Made by a program: the position numbers and the translations under genes
In this document: positions 47,894-58,516 of the stretch, in pieces
Layout of the letters: every line of letters begins with the position of its first letter
Numbering within the stretch: position 1 is the stretch's first letter
Origin: an uncultured Candidatus Rokubacteria bacterium
GTDB taxonomy: Bacteria > Methylomirabilota > Methylomirabilia > Rokubacteriales > DASRDR01
Assembly: GCA_963826115.1 (NCBI GenBank)
Contig: CAWGVS010000006.1
Location: forward strand, 192,001-256,000
Length of the DNA: 64,000 nucleotides
Direction: 5' to 3'
The notes under the pieces: generated by a model
Told to the model about the DNA's origin: nothing
Databases searched by the model: none
The model's input: only the letters and a program-made list of their open reading frames with translations

Positions 47894-48211
47894 CAGCGCC
47901 TCCTTGCGCGCGAGCGCGGGAGTCCGACCCGCACCCGTCAGCTGTGAAGCTTCTCGACCTCTCCGTCGGTTATCGAACCACTCGCCGCCGTAGACGCCAT
48001 CGCCGATCCCATGTCTCGGCGGGCAGCCCCGTCCGGCGCCGCACTACCACGGACGTCCGCGTCTCGTCGCTCGGTGGGACACATGGTCGCAGTCTCAAAC
48101 ACGCCGGGATCGGCACCCGCCAGGCGGGTTCCCGCGAACCGTGAGGGGCGACTGCCCTGAGGCTTGTTCACAGGGGGTTCGAGGTAGTTCTGCCGATCAC
48201 AGGGTGGCGAG

Positions 48212-48242
48212 ACTGTACCACACCCCTGCCGGAGGGTGTCAA
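48212..48242 (-). promoter_or_regulatory. Putative promoter TTGACA-N19-(TGg)TACAGT upstream of the sugar ABC operon
   Basis: Perfect -35 plus extended -10; spacer is long (19 nt). Confidence 0.45.
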
Positions 48243-48332
48243 CGGCTGGGCCCTCGGACCGATCTGGCCGGCCCCCCGGCTGGCGTCCAGCGAGGCAAAC
48301 CCACGGCCCCGGCGTCCGGCGAGTTCGGGCGG

Positions 48333-49589
48333 TCAGGCCTCCACGCCCAGCGCGCCGACCCTGGCCGGAGCCTGGAGGGTGAGGGCCACTGCCACCGCGG
48401 CCGCGCCGACGAGCGTGCTGGCAACGTGGAGGCTCCAGTACGAGCCGAGCCGGTCGAACAGCACGCCGCCGCCGTAGGCGCCAAGGCCCATGCCGATGCA
48501 CGAGATGAAGAAGATCCCGCCGAAGACCGTGCCGACCACGCGCTCGCCGAAGAACTCACGGGCGACCAGGGCGTAGAGTGGCATGGCCCCGCCGTAAGCG
48601 ACGCCGAACACGAGGGCGACGGCGAAGAGGGAGACCCCGCCGGCGTACAGGAACGTGGACAGAGCCAGGGTCTGGAGGGCGAGCATGCCGACGAGCGCAG
48701 GCTTGGCGCCGAACCGGTCGGCAGCGAGGCCGCTCGACAGGCGCCCGGCGATGCTGGTCGCTCCGGAGAGGCCTAGCATCGTGGCCGCCGCCATCTTCGC
48801 CACGCCGAGATCCATGGCGTGGGCGACCATGTGGAAGATCGGGCCGGAGTGCGCCGCGCAGCAGCCGAAGTGGACGAGCGCGACGCCCCAGAAGGCCGGG
48901 TGCCGGAGGGCCGCCGCCGGCGTGAGGCCCCGGTCGACCGCCGCCGCGCGGGTCGCTCCAGGGTCGTCCGCCCCGTAGCTGCGCAGACCTCGATCCTCCG
49001 GCCGGTCGGCCAGGTACGGGAGGGCCACGGCCCCCACGAGCCAGGTCAGCGCGCCGAACGCCGCAAACGTCGCGCGCCACCCGAACGCGGTGATGAGTGC
49101 CCGGGCCGTGGGGGGCACCACGAAGATGCCGAGCCCCATCCCGCCGGAGATGATTCCCATGGCCAGGCCGCGGCGCGCGGCGAACCAGCGGGTCGCGGCC
49201 GCCGAGAGCGGGACGTAGAACGCGCTGGCGCCGAGCGCCCCGAACACCCCGAACGCCACGTAGAGCTGGCCGGCCGAGCGGATCAGGGCGGAGACGCCGA
49301 GGGCCGCGCCGAGGACCCCGGCCCCGACCGCGACGACCCGTCGGGCGCCGATCCGGTCGGAGACGACGCCCGCCACGAAGGAGCCCAGGCCGAAGATGAT
49401 CCAGTTGACCAGGGCCACGCCCGAGATCAGGGACCGGCTCCAGCCGAACTCCTCCTCGAGTGGGCGCAGGAAGACGGCGAGGGAGAAGATCGTGCCCGTC
49501 CCGACGGCGATGACGGCGACCGACGCGGCGAGGACGACCCACCCGTAGAACACGCGCGGGCGCTGGCTCGCCGGGACGGGGAAGGTCAC
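48333..49589 (-). CDS. MFS transporter
   Basis: FYGWVVL, GVVSDRIGAR and GLAADRFGAK motif A; ~12 hydrophobic segments. Confidence 0.92.
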   Translation of the reverse strand: MTFPVPASQRPRVFYGWVVLAASVAVIAVGTGTIFSLAVFLRPLEEEFGWSRSLISGVALVNWIIFGLGSFVAGVVSDRIGARRVVAVGAGVLGAALGVSALIRSAGQLYVAFGVFGALGASAFYVPLSAAATRWFAARRGLAMGIISGGMGLGIFVVPPTARALITAFGWRATFAAFGALTWLVGAVALPYLADRPEDRGLRSYGADDPGATRAAAVDRGLTPAAALRHPAFWGVALVHFGCCAAHSGPIFHMVAHAMDLGVAKMAAATMLGLSGATSIAGRLSSGLAADRFGAKPALVGMLALQTLALSTFLYAGGVSLFAVALVFGVAYGGAMPLYALVAREFFGERVVGTVFGGIFFISCIGMGLGAYGGGVLFDRLGSYWSLHVASTLVGAAAVAVALTLQAPARVGALGVEA

Positions 49590-49661
49590 GCGCCTACACT
49601 ACATGCCGCCGGCGATGTCGGACAGGCCCATCGGCCCGGCGGCGAGCCACGCGGCTCGGCT

Positions 49662-49690
49662 TTGACGGTCGCGCGCCCGCGTGCCACGAT
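49662..49690 (+). promoter_or_regulatory. Putative sigma70 promoter TTGACG-N17-CACGAT for the redoxin gene
   Basis: 17-nt spacer with TG before the -10 box. Confidence 0.5.
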
Positions 49691-49741
49691 CGGGCCAGGT
49701 CAGGCGCCGACCCGCGCGTCGGGCCGCGAGGGGAGCGAGTC

Positions 49742-50845
49742 ATGGTGACCGTCATTCACGAGGACCGGGAAACGGACGTCGCCGCGGCGCGCGCCGTCGG
49801 GGACGCGCTCTGGCTCTCGACCGCCGACGTCGAGCGGGCGACGGGCTGGACGCTGAAGGCCGAAGGGCTCTGCCGCGAGGACGCGTGCATCCCGGTGCCG
49901 CCCGGCCGTGCGACCGCCTTCGTCCAGGGCGACGCCGTCGACATCGCGGCGCTCTGGCGCCACGCCGGGCACCCGGTCGTGAGCGACGACACCGGCGAGG
50001 CGTGGATCCTGGGGACCGGGGCCGGCGAGCGGGCCCGCGCGCTCCAGTCGCTCGTGGCGCCGGACTTCAGCCTCCCGGACCTCGCGGGGCGGGTCCACCG
50101 GCTGTCCGAGCACCGCGGGCGGAAGGTCTTGCTCGTCACGTGGGCCTCGTGGTGAGGCTGCCGCAATGACCTGCCGGTCTGGCAGGTCCTTCACGAAGAT
50201 CTGAAGGACCACGGCTTCACGGTCGTGGCCGTGGCCATGGACGCGTCGGTCGATGCCGCGCGGTCCTGGATCGAGGCGGCGCGGCCGACCTACCCCTGTC
50301 TGATCGATCGCGACCACCGGGTGGCCGAGCTCTACCACATGGTGAACGTCCCGCAGGCGGTGTGGATCGATGAGCGCGGACGCATCGTGCGGCCGACGGA
50401 GAGCGCGGGCGCCTACGAGGGGTTCCGGTCCATGGACCGCGCGACCCGGAAGGTCCCGGACGAGGTGGCGGCAGTCACCAGCGGGGCCAAGCGGACCTAC
50501 GTCGAGGCCGTCCGCGACTGGGCGCGCCACGGTCCGTCGAGCCGTCACGCCTTCGATTCCGACCGGGCGGCCGCGCACGTCGCGCTGCCGGACGAGGCCG
50601 TGGCGCGGGCGCACGCGCACTTCCGCCTGGGGCAGCATCTCCGGCGCCGCGGTTGCGAGGCGGCGGCCGAGGCCCAGTTCGCGGCGGCGCGGCGCCTCCA
50701 CCCGGACTCGTGGAACATGTGGCGCCAGACGGCCGCGCTCGACGAGCGCGGGCTCGCCGCGGGGCCCGCGTTCTGGGCGCGCGTCGACGCGCTCGGGTCG
50801 CGGCGGTACTACGCGCCCGTGGACATGGAGGGGATGCCCGACTGA
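49742..50845 (+). CDS. Probable selenoprotein: ResA/TlpA-like redoxin with WASW-U-GC motif (in-frame UGA 50153-50155), 367 aa
   Basis: ORFs 49742..50155 and 50225..50845 share a frame; APDFSLPDL...KVLLVTWASW*GCRNDLPVWQ...GFTVVAVAMD is a continuous thioredoxin fold; hairpin follows the UGA. Confidence 0.85.
50168..50188 (+). promoter_or_regulatory. Putative bacterial SECIS element
   Basis: GACCTGCC-GGTCT-GGCAGGTC 8-bp stem starting 12 nt after the UGA; apical loop begins with G. Confidence 0.72.
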
Positions 50846-50897
50846 CGGTGGGTCGTCATCCGGCGCGGCCGCCGGTCTGCGCGCCTGGGGCCCGTGA

Positions 50898-52403
50898 TCA
50901 CGGCCAGAGGTTGGCCTTCGCCGTGAGGTGTCCGACCAGCGGCTCGATCGACAAGGGCGCGCCGGTGGCCCGCTCGACCACCTCCCTCGTGGAGAAGAGG
51001 CTGCCCAGCCGGTGGACCCGGTCGCGCAGGAACGCGCGGAGCGGCTCCGCGTCGCCGGCGGCCAGCGCGTCGTCGAGCCCCGGGGCCTCGGCGTGGAGCC
51101 GCTGCATGAGCTGCGCGGCGATGGCGTTGCCGATCGTGTAGGTCGGGAAGAACCCGATCATGCCCTCGGCCCAGTGCCCGTCCTGGAGGCACCCGGCCCG
51201 ATCGTTGCCGGGGGTGACGCCCAGCACACGGCGGTAGGCGTCGGCCCACGCGCCCGGCAGCTCCGCGGCGACCAGGTCGCCCTCCACGAGCGCGCGCTCG
51301 AGCTCCACGCGGACGCCGATGTGCAGGTCGTAGCTCAGCTCGTCGGCGCTGATCCGGACGGGAGCCCGCCGCGGATGGTTGACCGCCCGCCACACGTCGT
51401 CGGCGCCCACGTCCCCGAACGCCGCGCCGAGGCGCGGCGCCAGGCGCGGCCAGAGATATCGCCAGAACCCCCGCGCCCGGCCGAGGTGGTTCTCCACGAG
51501 CCGCGCCTGGGACTCGTGGAGGCCGAGCGACGGCGCTTCCCCGACCGGCGTCCCGAAGTGCTCGGCCGGCAGGTACTGCTCGTAGAGCCCGTGGCCCAGC
51601 TCGTGGAGCGTGGCGAACAGGCCCGAGGTGAAGGCGTCGGCCCGGAAGCGGGTGATGAGGCGCACGTCCCCCGGCCCGACGCGGATCGTCGACGGGTGCA
51701 TCGCCTCGTCGAGCCGCCCGCAGGCGAAGTCGAAGCCAAGCCACGTGGCGAGCTCGCGCGCCACCTCGGCCTGGAGGCGCACGTCCATCGGCCGCGCGAG
51801 CAGCGCGGGCAGAGGCCCGCTCCGGTCGACCGCCCGGTCGAGGAGCGGGGTGACCGCCGCGCGGAGGCCGGCCAGCATCGGCCCGAGCGCCGCCCAGGTG
51901 AGACCGGGCTCCCACTCGTCCAGCAGCACGTCGTAGCGGCGGCGGCCGCGCGCCAGGCAGTCGGCCTCGGCCTGCTTGAGGGCCACGACGCGGCCGAGCC
52001 AGGGCAGGTAGGCGCGCGCGTCGCGGCGCTCGCGGGCGGAGCGCCACGCCTCGTAGGAGAGGGTCGTGACGCGCGCGAGGTCCTCGACCAGGGACGCGGG
52101 GACCAGGCAGGCCTTCTCGTACTCGTCCCGCAGCTCGCGGAGGTTGACGGCCTCGGGGTGGCCCGGCGCCAGGCGGGGCGAGAGCCGTGCCTCGGCCTCC
52201 GCGAGGAGGTCGCCCAGCCGGGGATCGGTGGCCTGGACGTGCATCAGCCGGGCGAGGAGGGCCTGCTGCTCGGCGCGATGCTCGCCGCCGCCCTCGGGCA
52301 TCGCCACGTCCTCGTCCCACTCGAGGAGGGTCGCGCACGAGCCGAGGAGAGTGTGCTCGCGGGCACGGTGCAGCAGTTCGAGGTACGCCGCGTCGCCGGT
52401 CAT
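50898..52403 (-). CDS. M32 family (Taq-like) metallocarboxypeptidase
   Basis: LLEWD, RLDEAMHP, HELGHGLYEQ (HEXXH), HESQ, GCLQDGHW, FPTYTIG; alternative ATG at 52415. Confidence 0.92.
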   Translation of the reverse strand: MTGDAAYLELLHRAREHTLLGSCATLLEWDEDVAMPEGGGEHRAEQQALLARLMHVQATDPRLGDLLAEAEARLSPRLAPGHPEAVNLRELRDEYEKACLVPASLVEDLARVTTLSYEAWRSARERRDARAYLPWLGRVVALKQAEADCLARGRRRYDVLLDEWEPGLTWAALGPMLAGLRAAVTPLLDRAVDRSGPLPALLARPMDVRLQAEVARELATWLGFDFACGRLDEAMHPSTIRVGPGDVRLITRFRADAFTSGLFATLHELGHGLYEQYLPAEHFGTPVGEAPSLGLHESQARLVENHLGRARGFWRYLWPRLAPRLGAAFGDVGADDVWRAVNHPRRAPVRISADELSYDLHIGVRVELERALVEGDLVAAELPGAWADAYRRVLGVTPGNDRAGCLQDGHWAEGMIGFFPTYTIGNAIAAQLMQRLHAEAPGLDDALAAGDAEPLRAFLRDRVHRLGSLFSTREVVERATGAPLSIEPLVGHLTAKANLWP

Positions 52404-52451
52404 CCGGTCCGTCATGGTACCAAAGCGCCGGGACGGTGCTAGGCTCGTGCC

Positions 52452-53906
52452 GTGCTGACGCCGGTCCGGGAGACGGGGCTGGCCGCGGCCCGGCTCGCCG
52501 CGGGAGTCCAGCAGGCCCTGCACCGCCTCACCGAGGCCGAGCTGCGGGCCCTCCTGGGGGAGATCGACCGCCGCGCGCGCGCCGAGCACCTCGTCTACCT
52601 GCGCGACGACGTCGAGGAGACCATCAAGATCCTCGTGACCCCCATCGTCGCGCTGCCCGACCAGCTCGCCTACGTGCGCGCGGTCGCGCTCGCCCTGCAC
52701 GGCGCCCTGAAGCGGCTGCCGGAGCTCTACCTCACCGACCCGGACGTGCGGGCGCTCCTGGAGCTCCCGCCCCGCGAGGAGGAGTGGCTCCGCCGCTACT
52801 GGACACCCGCGGTGAGCGAGCAGAACACCGTGGTGGGCCGCCACGACGCGGCGATCGACTTCGCCTCGCCGACCTGGAAGGAGAGCCTCCAGTTCCTGGA
52901 GCCGAACCTCGGCGGCATCGGGGGGCTCCACATGGTGCCGACGGCCTCGCGCATCCTCGCCGAGGTCGTGCTGCCGGCCCTGCGCGCCCGGGATCCCCAG
53001 CTCGAGCTGGAGAGCCTCCAGGACATCCGGGCGCTCCTCATGCAGGACCTGCTCGACCACCTCGACGCCACCGGGCGGAGCGGGCGCACCGTGTGCCTCG
53101 TCGAGCCCAAGTACGCCGGGTACGGCCCGGACGAGCAGACGGAGCTGGCCCGCTACGTCCACGAGCACTTCGGGATCGAGGTCTGCCACGCCGACCCCGC
53201 GGAGCTGGCGCTCGACGGCGACGAGGTGACCTACGAGGGCCGGATCGTCGACCTCATCTACCGCGACTACGCCGTGGAGGACCTCCTCGACCTCGAGGCC
53301 GAGGGCGTGGACATCCGCCCCATGCAGCAGGCCTTCGCGACCAACCGGGTCGTGTCCTCGATCGCCGCCGAGCTGGACCAGAAGAGCTGCTGGGAGGTAC
53401 TGGGGGACCCGACGCTCGCGCGCCGTCACTTCGGCAGCGAGGAGCGCGCCTTCTTCCGCCGGCACGTCCCGTGGACGCGTCTGCTGCGGCCCGGGACGAC
53501 CACGCTCCCCGACGGCTCCCGGGGTGACCTCGCCAAGTACGCGGTCCAGGCGCGGGAGGAGCTCGTGCTCAAGCCCAACCGGGGATACGGTGGCTCCGGC
53601 GTCGCCGTGGGGCCGGCCACCGAGCCGGCCGAGTGGGAGAAGCTCGTGGCCGCCGCCGTCGCGCCCGGCGACGAGCGCTGGGTGGCCCAGCGCCTCGTCG
53701 CGCTGCCCGTGTGCCACTTCCCGGTGATGGCCGCCGACGGGACGATCAACGCCGGGCCCTTCTACGTCGTCTTCGGCTTCCTGCCCAGCGCGTACGGGCT
53801 CGCCACCCTGGGGCGCGCGTCCCAGACCCGCGTCGTCAACATCGCCCAGCGCGGCGGCATGTGCGTCCTGGTCGTCGGGCACCCGCCCGGACGGATCGTC
53901 AGCTAG
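52452..53906 (+). CDS. Circularly permuted ATP-grasp / glutathionylspermidine synthase-like amidoligase
   Basis: GRHD...FLEPN.GG, DLIYRD, VPWTRLL, LVLKPNRGYGGSGVAVG, WVAQRLV, VVNIAQRGG. Confidence 0.8.
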   Translation: MLTPVRETGLAAARLAAGVQQALHRLTEAELRALLGEIDRRARAEHLVYLRDDVEETIKILVTPIVALPDQLAYVRAVALALHGALKRLPELYLTDPDVRALLELPPREEEWLRRYWTPAVSEQNTVVGRHDAAIDFASPTWKESLQFLEPNLGGIGGLHMVPTASRILAEVVLPALRARDPQLELESLQDIRALLMQDLLDHLDATGRSGRTVCLVEPKYAGYGPDEQTELARYVHEHFGIEVCHADPAELALDGDEVTYEGRIVDLIYRDYAVEDLLDLEAEGVDIRPMQQAFATNRVVSSIAAELDQKSCWEVLGDPTLARRHFGSEERAFFRRHVPWTRLLRPGTTTLPDGSRGDLAKYAVQAREELVLKPNRGYGGSGVAVGPATEPAEWEKLVAAAVAPGDERWVAQRLVALPVCHFPVMAADGTINAGPFYVVFGFLPSAYGLATLGRASQTRVVNIAQRGGMCVLVVGHPPGRIVS

Positions 53907-53970
53907 CGGAACGGCGGCGGCGCGGTGGGGCAGGCGCCCCCGGCGAGCCGGGCCGCCGGGGGCGGATCGG

Positions 53971-55326
53971 TCAGAACGAGCGGATCAGGCGCTCGACGCG
54001 CTCGTCGTGCGCCTGGAACGGGTCCTTGCAGAGGATCGTCTCGCGCTCGGGGTCGTTGAGCTTCAGGTAGACCCAGTCCACCCGGTAGTCCTTGCCCTTG
54101 AGGTTCGCCCGGCGGATGAACTCGCCGCGGAGCCGCGCGCGCGTCGTCTGGGGCGGCGTGTGCTTCGCCGTCTCCACCTGCTCGTCGCGCACCATCCGGT
54201 CGACGCGGTCGTTGCGCGCCAGGAGGTAGTAGATGCCCTTGAACGGCCGGATGTCGTGGTACTGGAGGTCGATCAGGGACACCCGCGGGTCGCGCCACGA
54301 CAGGCGGTGGCGGGTCATGTACTCCTCGATCCACTGCCGCTTGATCACCCAGTCGACGTCGCGGTCGCACTGGAGCGGGTCGGCCTCGAGGCGCGTGAGC
54401 ATCCCCGTCCAGCGATCCAGGACGTCGCGCGTGACCGGGTCGGCGTCGACGTGCTGCGCGTACGCGAGGCACGCCTCCAGGTACTCCTTCTGGATCTCGA
54501 GGGCGGTCATCGCGCGCCCGTCCTTGAGCTTCACCGTCTCCCGGAGGCCGGGGTCGTGCGAGATGTCCCGGATCGCCTGGACCGGCGACTGGAGGCTGTA
54601 GTCCCGGTCGAAGTAGCCGTCCTCGATCATGTCGAGGACCACGGCGGTGGTGCCGACCTTCAGGTAGGTCGCGACCTCCGACATGTTCGAGTCACCGACG
54701 ATCACGTGGAGGCGCCGGTACTTCTCGGCGTCGGCGTGCGGCTCGTCGCGCGTGTTGATGATCGAGCGGGACGACGTGGTGGCGCCGGAGATCTCCTGGC
54801 AGATGTGCTGGGCGCGCTGCGAGAGGCAGTAGTGGAAGCCCCGCGGGGTCTGCAGCACCTTGCCGGCGCCTGCGAAGATCTGGCGCGTCACGAAGAACGG
54901 GATGAGCGCTTCGGCCAGCCGCTGGAACGAGACGTCCCGGGACACGAGGTAGTTCTCGTGGCACCCGTACGAGTTGCCGGCCGAGTCCGTGTTGTTCTTG
55001 AAGAGGAGGATGTTCCCGGAGATCCCGTCCTCCCGCAGCCGCTTCTCCGCCTGGTGCAGGAGGTCCTCGACGATGCGCTCGCCGGCCTTGTCGTAGACGA
55101 CGAGGTCCATCACGTCGTCGCACTCCGGCGTCGCGTACTCGGGGTGGAAGCCGGTGTCGAGGTACAGCCGCGCGCCGTTCTCCAGGAACACGTTGGCGTT
55201 CCGCGCCCCGGGAATGACCTTCTCGAACAGGTAACGGGCGACGTTGTCGGGGGAGAGGCGGCGCTGCCCGTTCAGCGTGCAGGTCAGACCGTACTCGTTC
55301 TCGAGCCCGAAGATGCGTCGCTTCAT
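53971..55326 (-). CDS. pafA: Pup--protein ligase PafA
   Basis: [72 protein letters not shown]; no Dop loop. Confidence 0.95.
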   Translation of the reverse strand: MKRRIFGLENEYGLTCTLNGQRRLSPDNVARYLFEKVIPGARNANVFLENGARLYLDTGFHPEYATPECDDVMDLVVYDKAGERIVEDLLHQAEKRLREDGISGNILLFKNNTDSAGNSYGCHENYLVSRDVSFQRLAEALIPFFVTRQIFAGAGKVLQTPRGFHYCLSQRAQHICQEISGATTSSRSIINTRDEPHADAEKYRRLHVIVGDSNMSEVATYLKVGTTAVVLDMIEDGYFDRDYSLQSPVQAIRDISHDPGLRETVKLKDGRAMTALEIQKEYLEACLAYAQHVDADPVTRDVLDRWTGMLTRLEADPLQCDRDVDWVIKRQWIEEYMTRHRLSWRDPRVSLIDLQYHDIRPFKGIYYLLARNDRVDRMVRDEQVETAKHTPPQTTRARLRGEFIRRANLKGKDYRVDWVYLKLNDPERETILCKDPFQAHDERVERLIRSF

Positions 55327-56048
55327 GGCGTCCCCATGGGCCGGCCGCCCTCCGACGGGTCCGGACGCCCCAGGATCGTCCGCAGCTCGCCATTCGCGAC
55401 GCGCCGGAACTTGCGGCGCTCGCGATTCTGGTCGAGCACGGCGACCTCGAGGTCGCGGTCCGTCAGCGTCTTGTTCTGCGTGACCGTCAGGGCACGGATC
55501 CCGAGCCGCACCGCGTCGGCCAGGGGCATTGTCTCCCGGAAGTGCTCCTTGAGGAAGCGGCGAATCTCCTCCGCCTGCCCGCCCATGGCCGCGTAGTTGC
55601 GCTCGTCCTCGATCGAGCCGTCGTAGAGGACGTGGTACATCTCGTTCCGCCCGTTCGAGCCGTCCGCCACCTCGACGACCAGCACCTCGACCTCGAAGGG
55701 CTTGAGGCCCTCGGTGAAGATCTGCCCGAGCGCCTGGGAGTAGGCGTTGGCGAGCGCCTTCGCGGTCACGTCCTCGCGGTGGTAGGAGTAGCCGCGGAGG
55801 TCGGCATGGCGCACGCCGGCGATCCGGAGGTTCTCGAACTCGTTGTACTTGCCGACGCCGGCGAACGCGATGCGGTCGTAGATCTCGGAGATCTTGTGGA
55901 GCAGGGTAGAGGGGTTCTCGGCGACCAGGAGCACGCCGTGCTGGTACTCGAGCGCGACGATGGACCGGCCGCGCGCGATGCCCTTGCGAGCATACTCGGC
56001 CTTGTCCTTCATCATCTGCTCGGGCGACACGTAGTAGGGGAGCGGCAT
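55323..56048 (-). CDS. prcA: 20S proteasome alpha subunit
   Basis: [53 protein letters not shown]. Confidence 0.95.
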   Translation of the reverse strand: MPLPYYVSPEQMMKDKAEYARKGIARGRSIVALEYQHGVLLVAENPSTLLHKISEIYDRIAFAGVGKYNEFENLRIAGVRHADLRGYSYHREDVTAKALANAYSQALGQIFTEGLKPFEVEVLVVEVADGSNGRNEMYHVLYDGSIEDERNYAAMGGQAEEIRRFLKEHFRETMPLADAVRLGIRALTVTQNKTLTDRDLEVAVLDQNRERRKFRRVANGELRTILGRPDPSEGGRPMGTP

Positions 56049-56050
56049 CG

Positions 56051-56878
56051 TCAGCGTCCCGGTCGCCGCGCGGCCATCACGGCCTCGCACTGGGCCCGCA
56101 CCTCGGTCTCGGGGACGTCCTCGAGCCCGTCGCGGGTGATCACCTTCACCGTCGGAAAGATACCCTTGGCGAAGTCGGGGCCGCCGGTCCCCACGTCCTC
56201 CTCGGCCGCGTCGATGAGCGCCTCGGCCGCCCAGCGGAGCCCGTCGCCGCGCGGGGCACCCGTCCGGAAGAGCTTCTTCAGGGTCGTGCGGGCGTCCTTG
56301 CCGCCGGAGCCGGTCGCCGCGTAGTCGGTCTCCTCGTACCGGCCCCCCGTCACGTCGTAGTTGAAGATCCGCCCCTCGGCGCGGCGCAGGTCGTAGCCCG
56401 CGAAGATGGGCACGACCACCAGGCCCTGCATCGCCATCGGGAGGTTCATGCGGATCATCTGACCGAGCTTGTTCGCCTTGCCCTCGAGCGAAAGGCCGTC
56501 GCCCTCCACTTTCTCGTAGTGCTCGAGCTCGGTCTGGAAGAGGCGCGCCATCTCGATCGCCGGCCCCGCGGCCCCGGCGATCGCGACCGCCGAGTGGTCG
56601 TCGGTCTTGTAGACCTTCTCGATCCGCCGGTGGGCCACCTGGTACCCCTCGGTGGCCTGCCGGTCGCCGGCGACGATGACGCCGTCGGCGTAGCGCACCG
56701 CGAGGATCGTCGTTCCGGTCGGGACGCCCGGGACGTGGGGCTCGGCCGCGGGGATCGCTCCGATCACGCCGGGCCGCGAGACCAGAAGGTCAGGCGCTTC
56801 CAGACGCAGGAAGTCCACGAAGCTCGAGTTGACGTAACGCCCGAAGAGACCTTGCCAGGGCTCGTGCATGTAGGCCAT
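56051..56878 (-). CDS. prcB: 20S proteasome beta subunit with propeptide
   Basis: SSFVDFL propeptide, G|TT autocleavage site, AGDRQAT, GKANKL, ATGSG. Confidence 0.95.
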   Translation of the reverse strand: MAYMHEPWQGLFGRYVNSSFVDFLRLEAPDLLVSRPGVIGAIPAAEPHVPGVPTGTTILAVRYADGVIVAGDRQATEGYQVAHRRIEKVYKTDDHSAVAIAGAAGPAIEMARLFQTELEHYEKVEGDGLSLEGKANKLGQMIRMNLPMAMQGLVVVPIFAGYDLRRAEGRIFNYDVTGGRYEETDYAATGSGGKDARTTLKKLFRTGAPRGDGLRWAAEALIDAAEEDVGTGGPDFAKGIFPTVKVITRDGLEDVPETEVRAQCEAVMAARRPGR

Positions 56879-56947
56879 CCGTACGGGGGATTATACAACC
56901 GGGCCTCGCCGGGAGCGGCGGGCTTCCGGCGCCCCCGCGGGCCGGCG

Positions 56948-58444
56948 CTAGACGCTGGTCGGCTTGGAGATGTTCTTGAGGAGGTCCCGCGCCGTGGGCG
57001 ACTGGTCGAAGAGGCGGCGCACGAGCGCCTCGGTGCCCCGGAGCGGCTCCAGCATGAAGATCTTCTTGAGCGGCCCCTCCTTGAGGTCGAAGAGGACCGA
57101 GTCCCACGAGGCCGAGACGATGTCCTCCGAGTAGCGCTGGAGGCACATCCCCCGGAAGTACGCGCGGGTGTCGCGCGGCGGGTCGTTGACCGCGCGCGCG
57201 ATCTCCTCGTCGCTCGCGATACGCTCGACCGCGTCGGACTGCTCGAGCCGGTAGTAGAGGCCCTTGCTCGGCCGGATGTCGTGGTACTGGAGGTCGATCA
57301 TCGCCACGCGAGAGTCCGTCCAGCCCACGCCGTGCTTGGCCCGGTAGTTCTCGAGGAGGTCGAGCTTGATCACCCAGTCGAGCTCGCGGCTGAGCGACAT
57401 CGGATCCTCCGCCAGCCCGTCCAGCACGTGCTCCCACCGCACGAGCACGTCCTTCGTCACCGGGTCGAGCTCCCGGTCCCGGTAGTAGCGGTGGGCCGCC
57501 TCGAGGAACTCCCGCTGGAGGTCCACGGCGGTGATGGTGCGCCCGTCCCGCAGGCGGACCGTCGACCGGCACGCGAGGTCCCGTGAGATCTGCCGGAGGG
57601 CCTGCACCGGATTGTCGAGCGCGAGGTCCCGCTCGATGAAGTCGTCCTCGATCATCGAGAGGACGATCGAGGTCGTCCCGGTCTTGAGGTAGTTCGCCAC
57701 CTCCGACATGTTCGCGTCGCCCACGATCACGTGGAGCCGCCGGTACTTCTCGGGGTCGGCGTGGGGCTCGTCCCGCGTGTTGATGATGGGGCGGGAGTGC
57801 ATCGTCTCGAGCCCGACCTCGGTCTCGAGGAAGTCGGCGCGCTGGGTGAGCTGGTACTCGGTGTACTCCAGGTTGTTCTCGGAGCCGACCTTGCCCGCGC
57901 CGGTGAAGATCTGGCGCGTGACGAGGAACGGCATCATGTACTGCACGATCCGCGTGAAGGGGCAGCGGCGGTCCATGAGGTAGTTCTCGTGGGTGCCGTA
58001 GCTGTTGCCCTTGGAGTCGGTGTTGTTCTTGTAGATCAGGATGCGCTGCTCGGGCGGGGAGGCCGCCTCCGCGCGGCGGCGCGCGAGGTCGAGGATCCGC
58101 TCGCCCGCCCGGTCCCACACCACGAGGTCGCGCGGGTTGGTGCACTCGGGCGATGAGTACTCCGGGTGGGCGTGGTCGACGTAGAAGCGGGCCCCGTTCG
58201 GCAGGATCAGGTTGATGAGCCGGGACTCCTCCTTCGAGGGGAGCTCCTTCTCGTCGGCGTACTCGAATCCCCGGGCGTCCCGGAGCGGGCTCTCGGCCTC
58301 GTAGTCCCAGCGGATGCGCGCGGTCCGGTAGGTCTCGTAGGAATTGATGAGGAGCAGCGAGGACAGGATCGGGTTGAAGTCCGCCTGGTTGCGGACGGTG
58401 ATCCCGTACTCGGTCTCGATCCCCATCACCTTCGGGATGGCCAT
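56948..58444 (-). CDS. dop: Depupylase/deamidase Dop
   Basis: GIETEYG, Dop loop WDYEAESPLRDARGF, NGARFYVDHAHPEYS, TRAYFRG, ASWDS, MLEPLRGT. Confidence 0.95.
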   Translation of the reverse strand: MAIPKVMGIETEYGITVRNQADFNPILSSLLLINSYETYRTARIRWDYEAESPLRDARGFEYADEKELPSKEESRLINLILPNGARFYVDHAHPEYSSPECTNPRDLVVWDRAGERILDLARRRAEAASPPEQRILIYKNNTDSKGNSYGTHENYLMDRRCPFTRIVQYMMPFLVTRQIFTGAGKVGSENNLEYTEYQLTQRADFLETEVGLETMHSRPIINTRDEPHADPEKYRRLHVIVGDANMSEVANYLKTGTTSIVLSMIEDDFIERDLALDNPVQALRQISRDLACRSTVRLRDGRTITAVDLQREFLEAAHRYYRDRELDPVTKDVLVRWEHVLDGLAEDPMSLSRELDWVIKLDLLENYRAKHGVGWTDSRVAMIDLQYHDIRPSKGLYYRLEQSDAVERIASDEEIARAVNDPPRDTRAYFRGMCLQRYSEDIVSASWDSVLFDLKEGPLKKIFMLEPLRGTEALVRRLFDQSPTARDLLKNISKPTSV

Positions 58445-58516
58445 GCCGTCCTCGCGCCGGCCTCGGTCACCCGCGCCGCGGGTGCCATCGGCGACCCCGG
58501 GAGTGACGCGACCGAC

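Noticed and set aside
50153-50155. Pseudogene, or genome-wide UGA reassignment
   Set aside because: UGA is a normal stop in many genes here, including ATGA/GTGA overlaps; its position at the redox Cys and the downstream hairpin favour Sec
56879-56947. A pup gene missed by the 60-aa ORF cutoff
   Set aside because: The gap is 69 nt; this gap, 58445-58562 and 53907-53970 were read by eye and contain no GGE/GGQ-ending ORF
53971-58444. Repeated DNA/protein blocks between pafA and dop ([19 protein letters not shown])
   Set aside because: Expected: Dop and PafA are known paralogs
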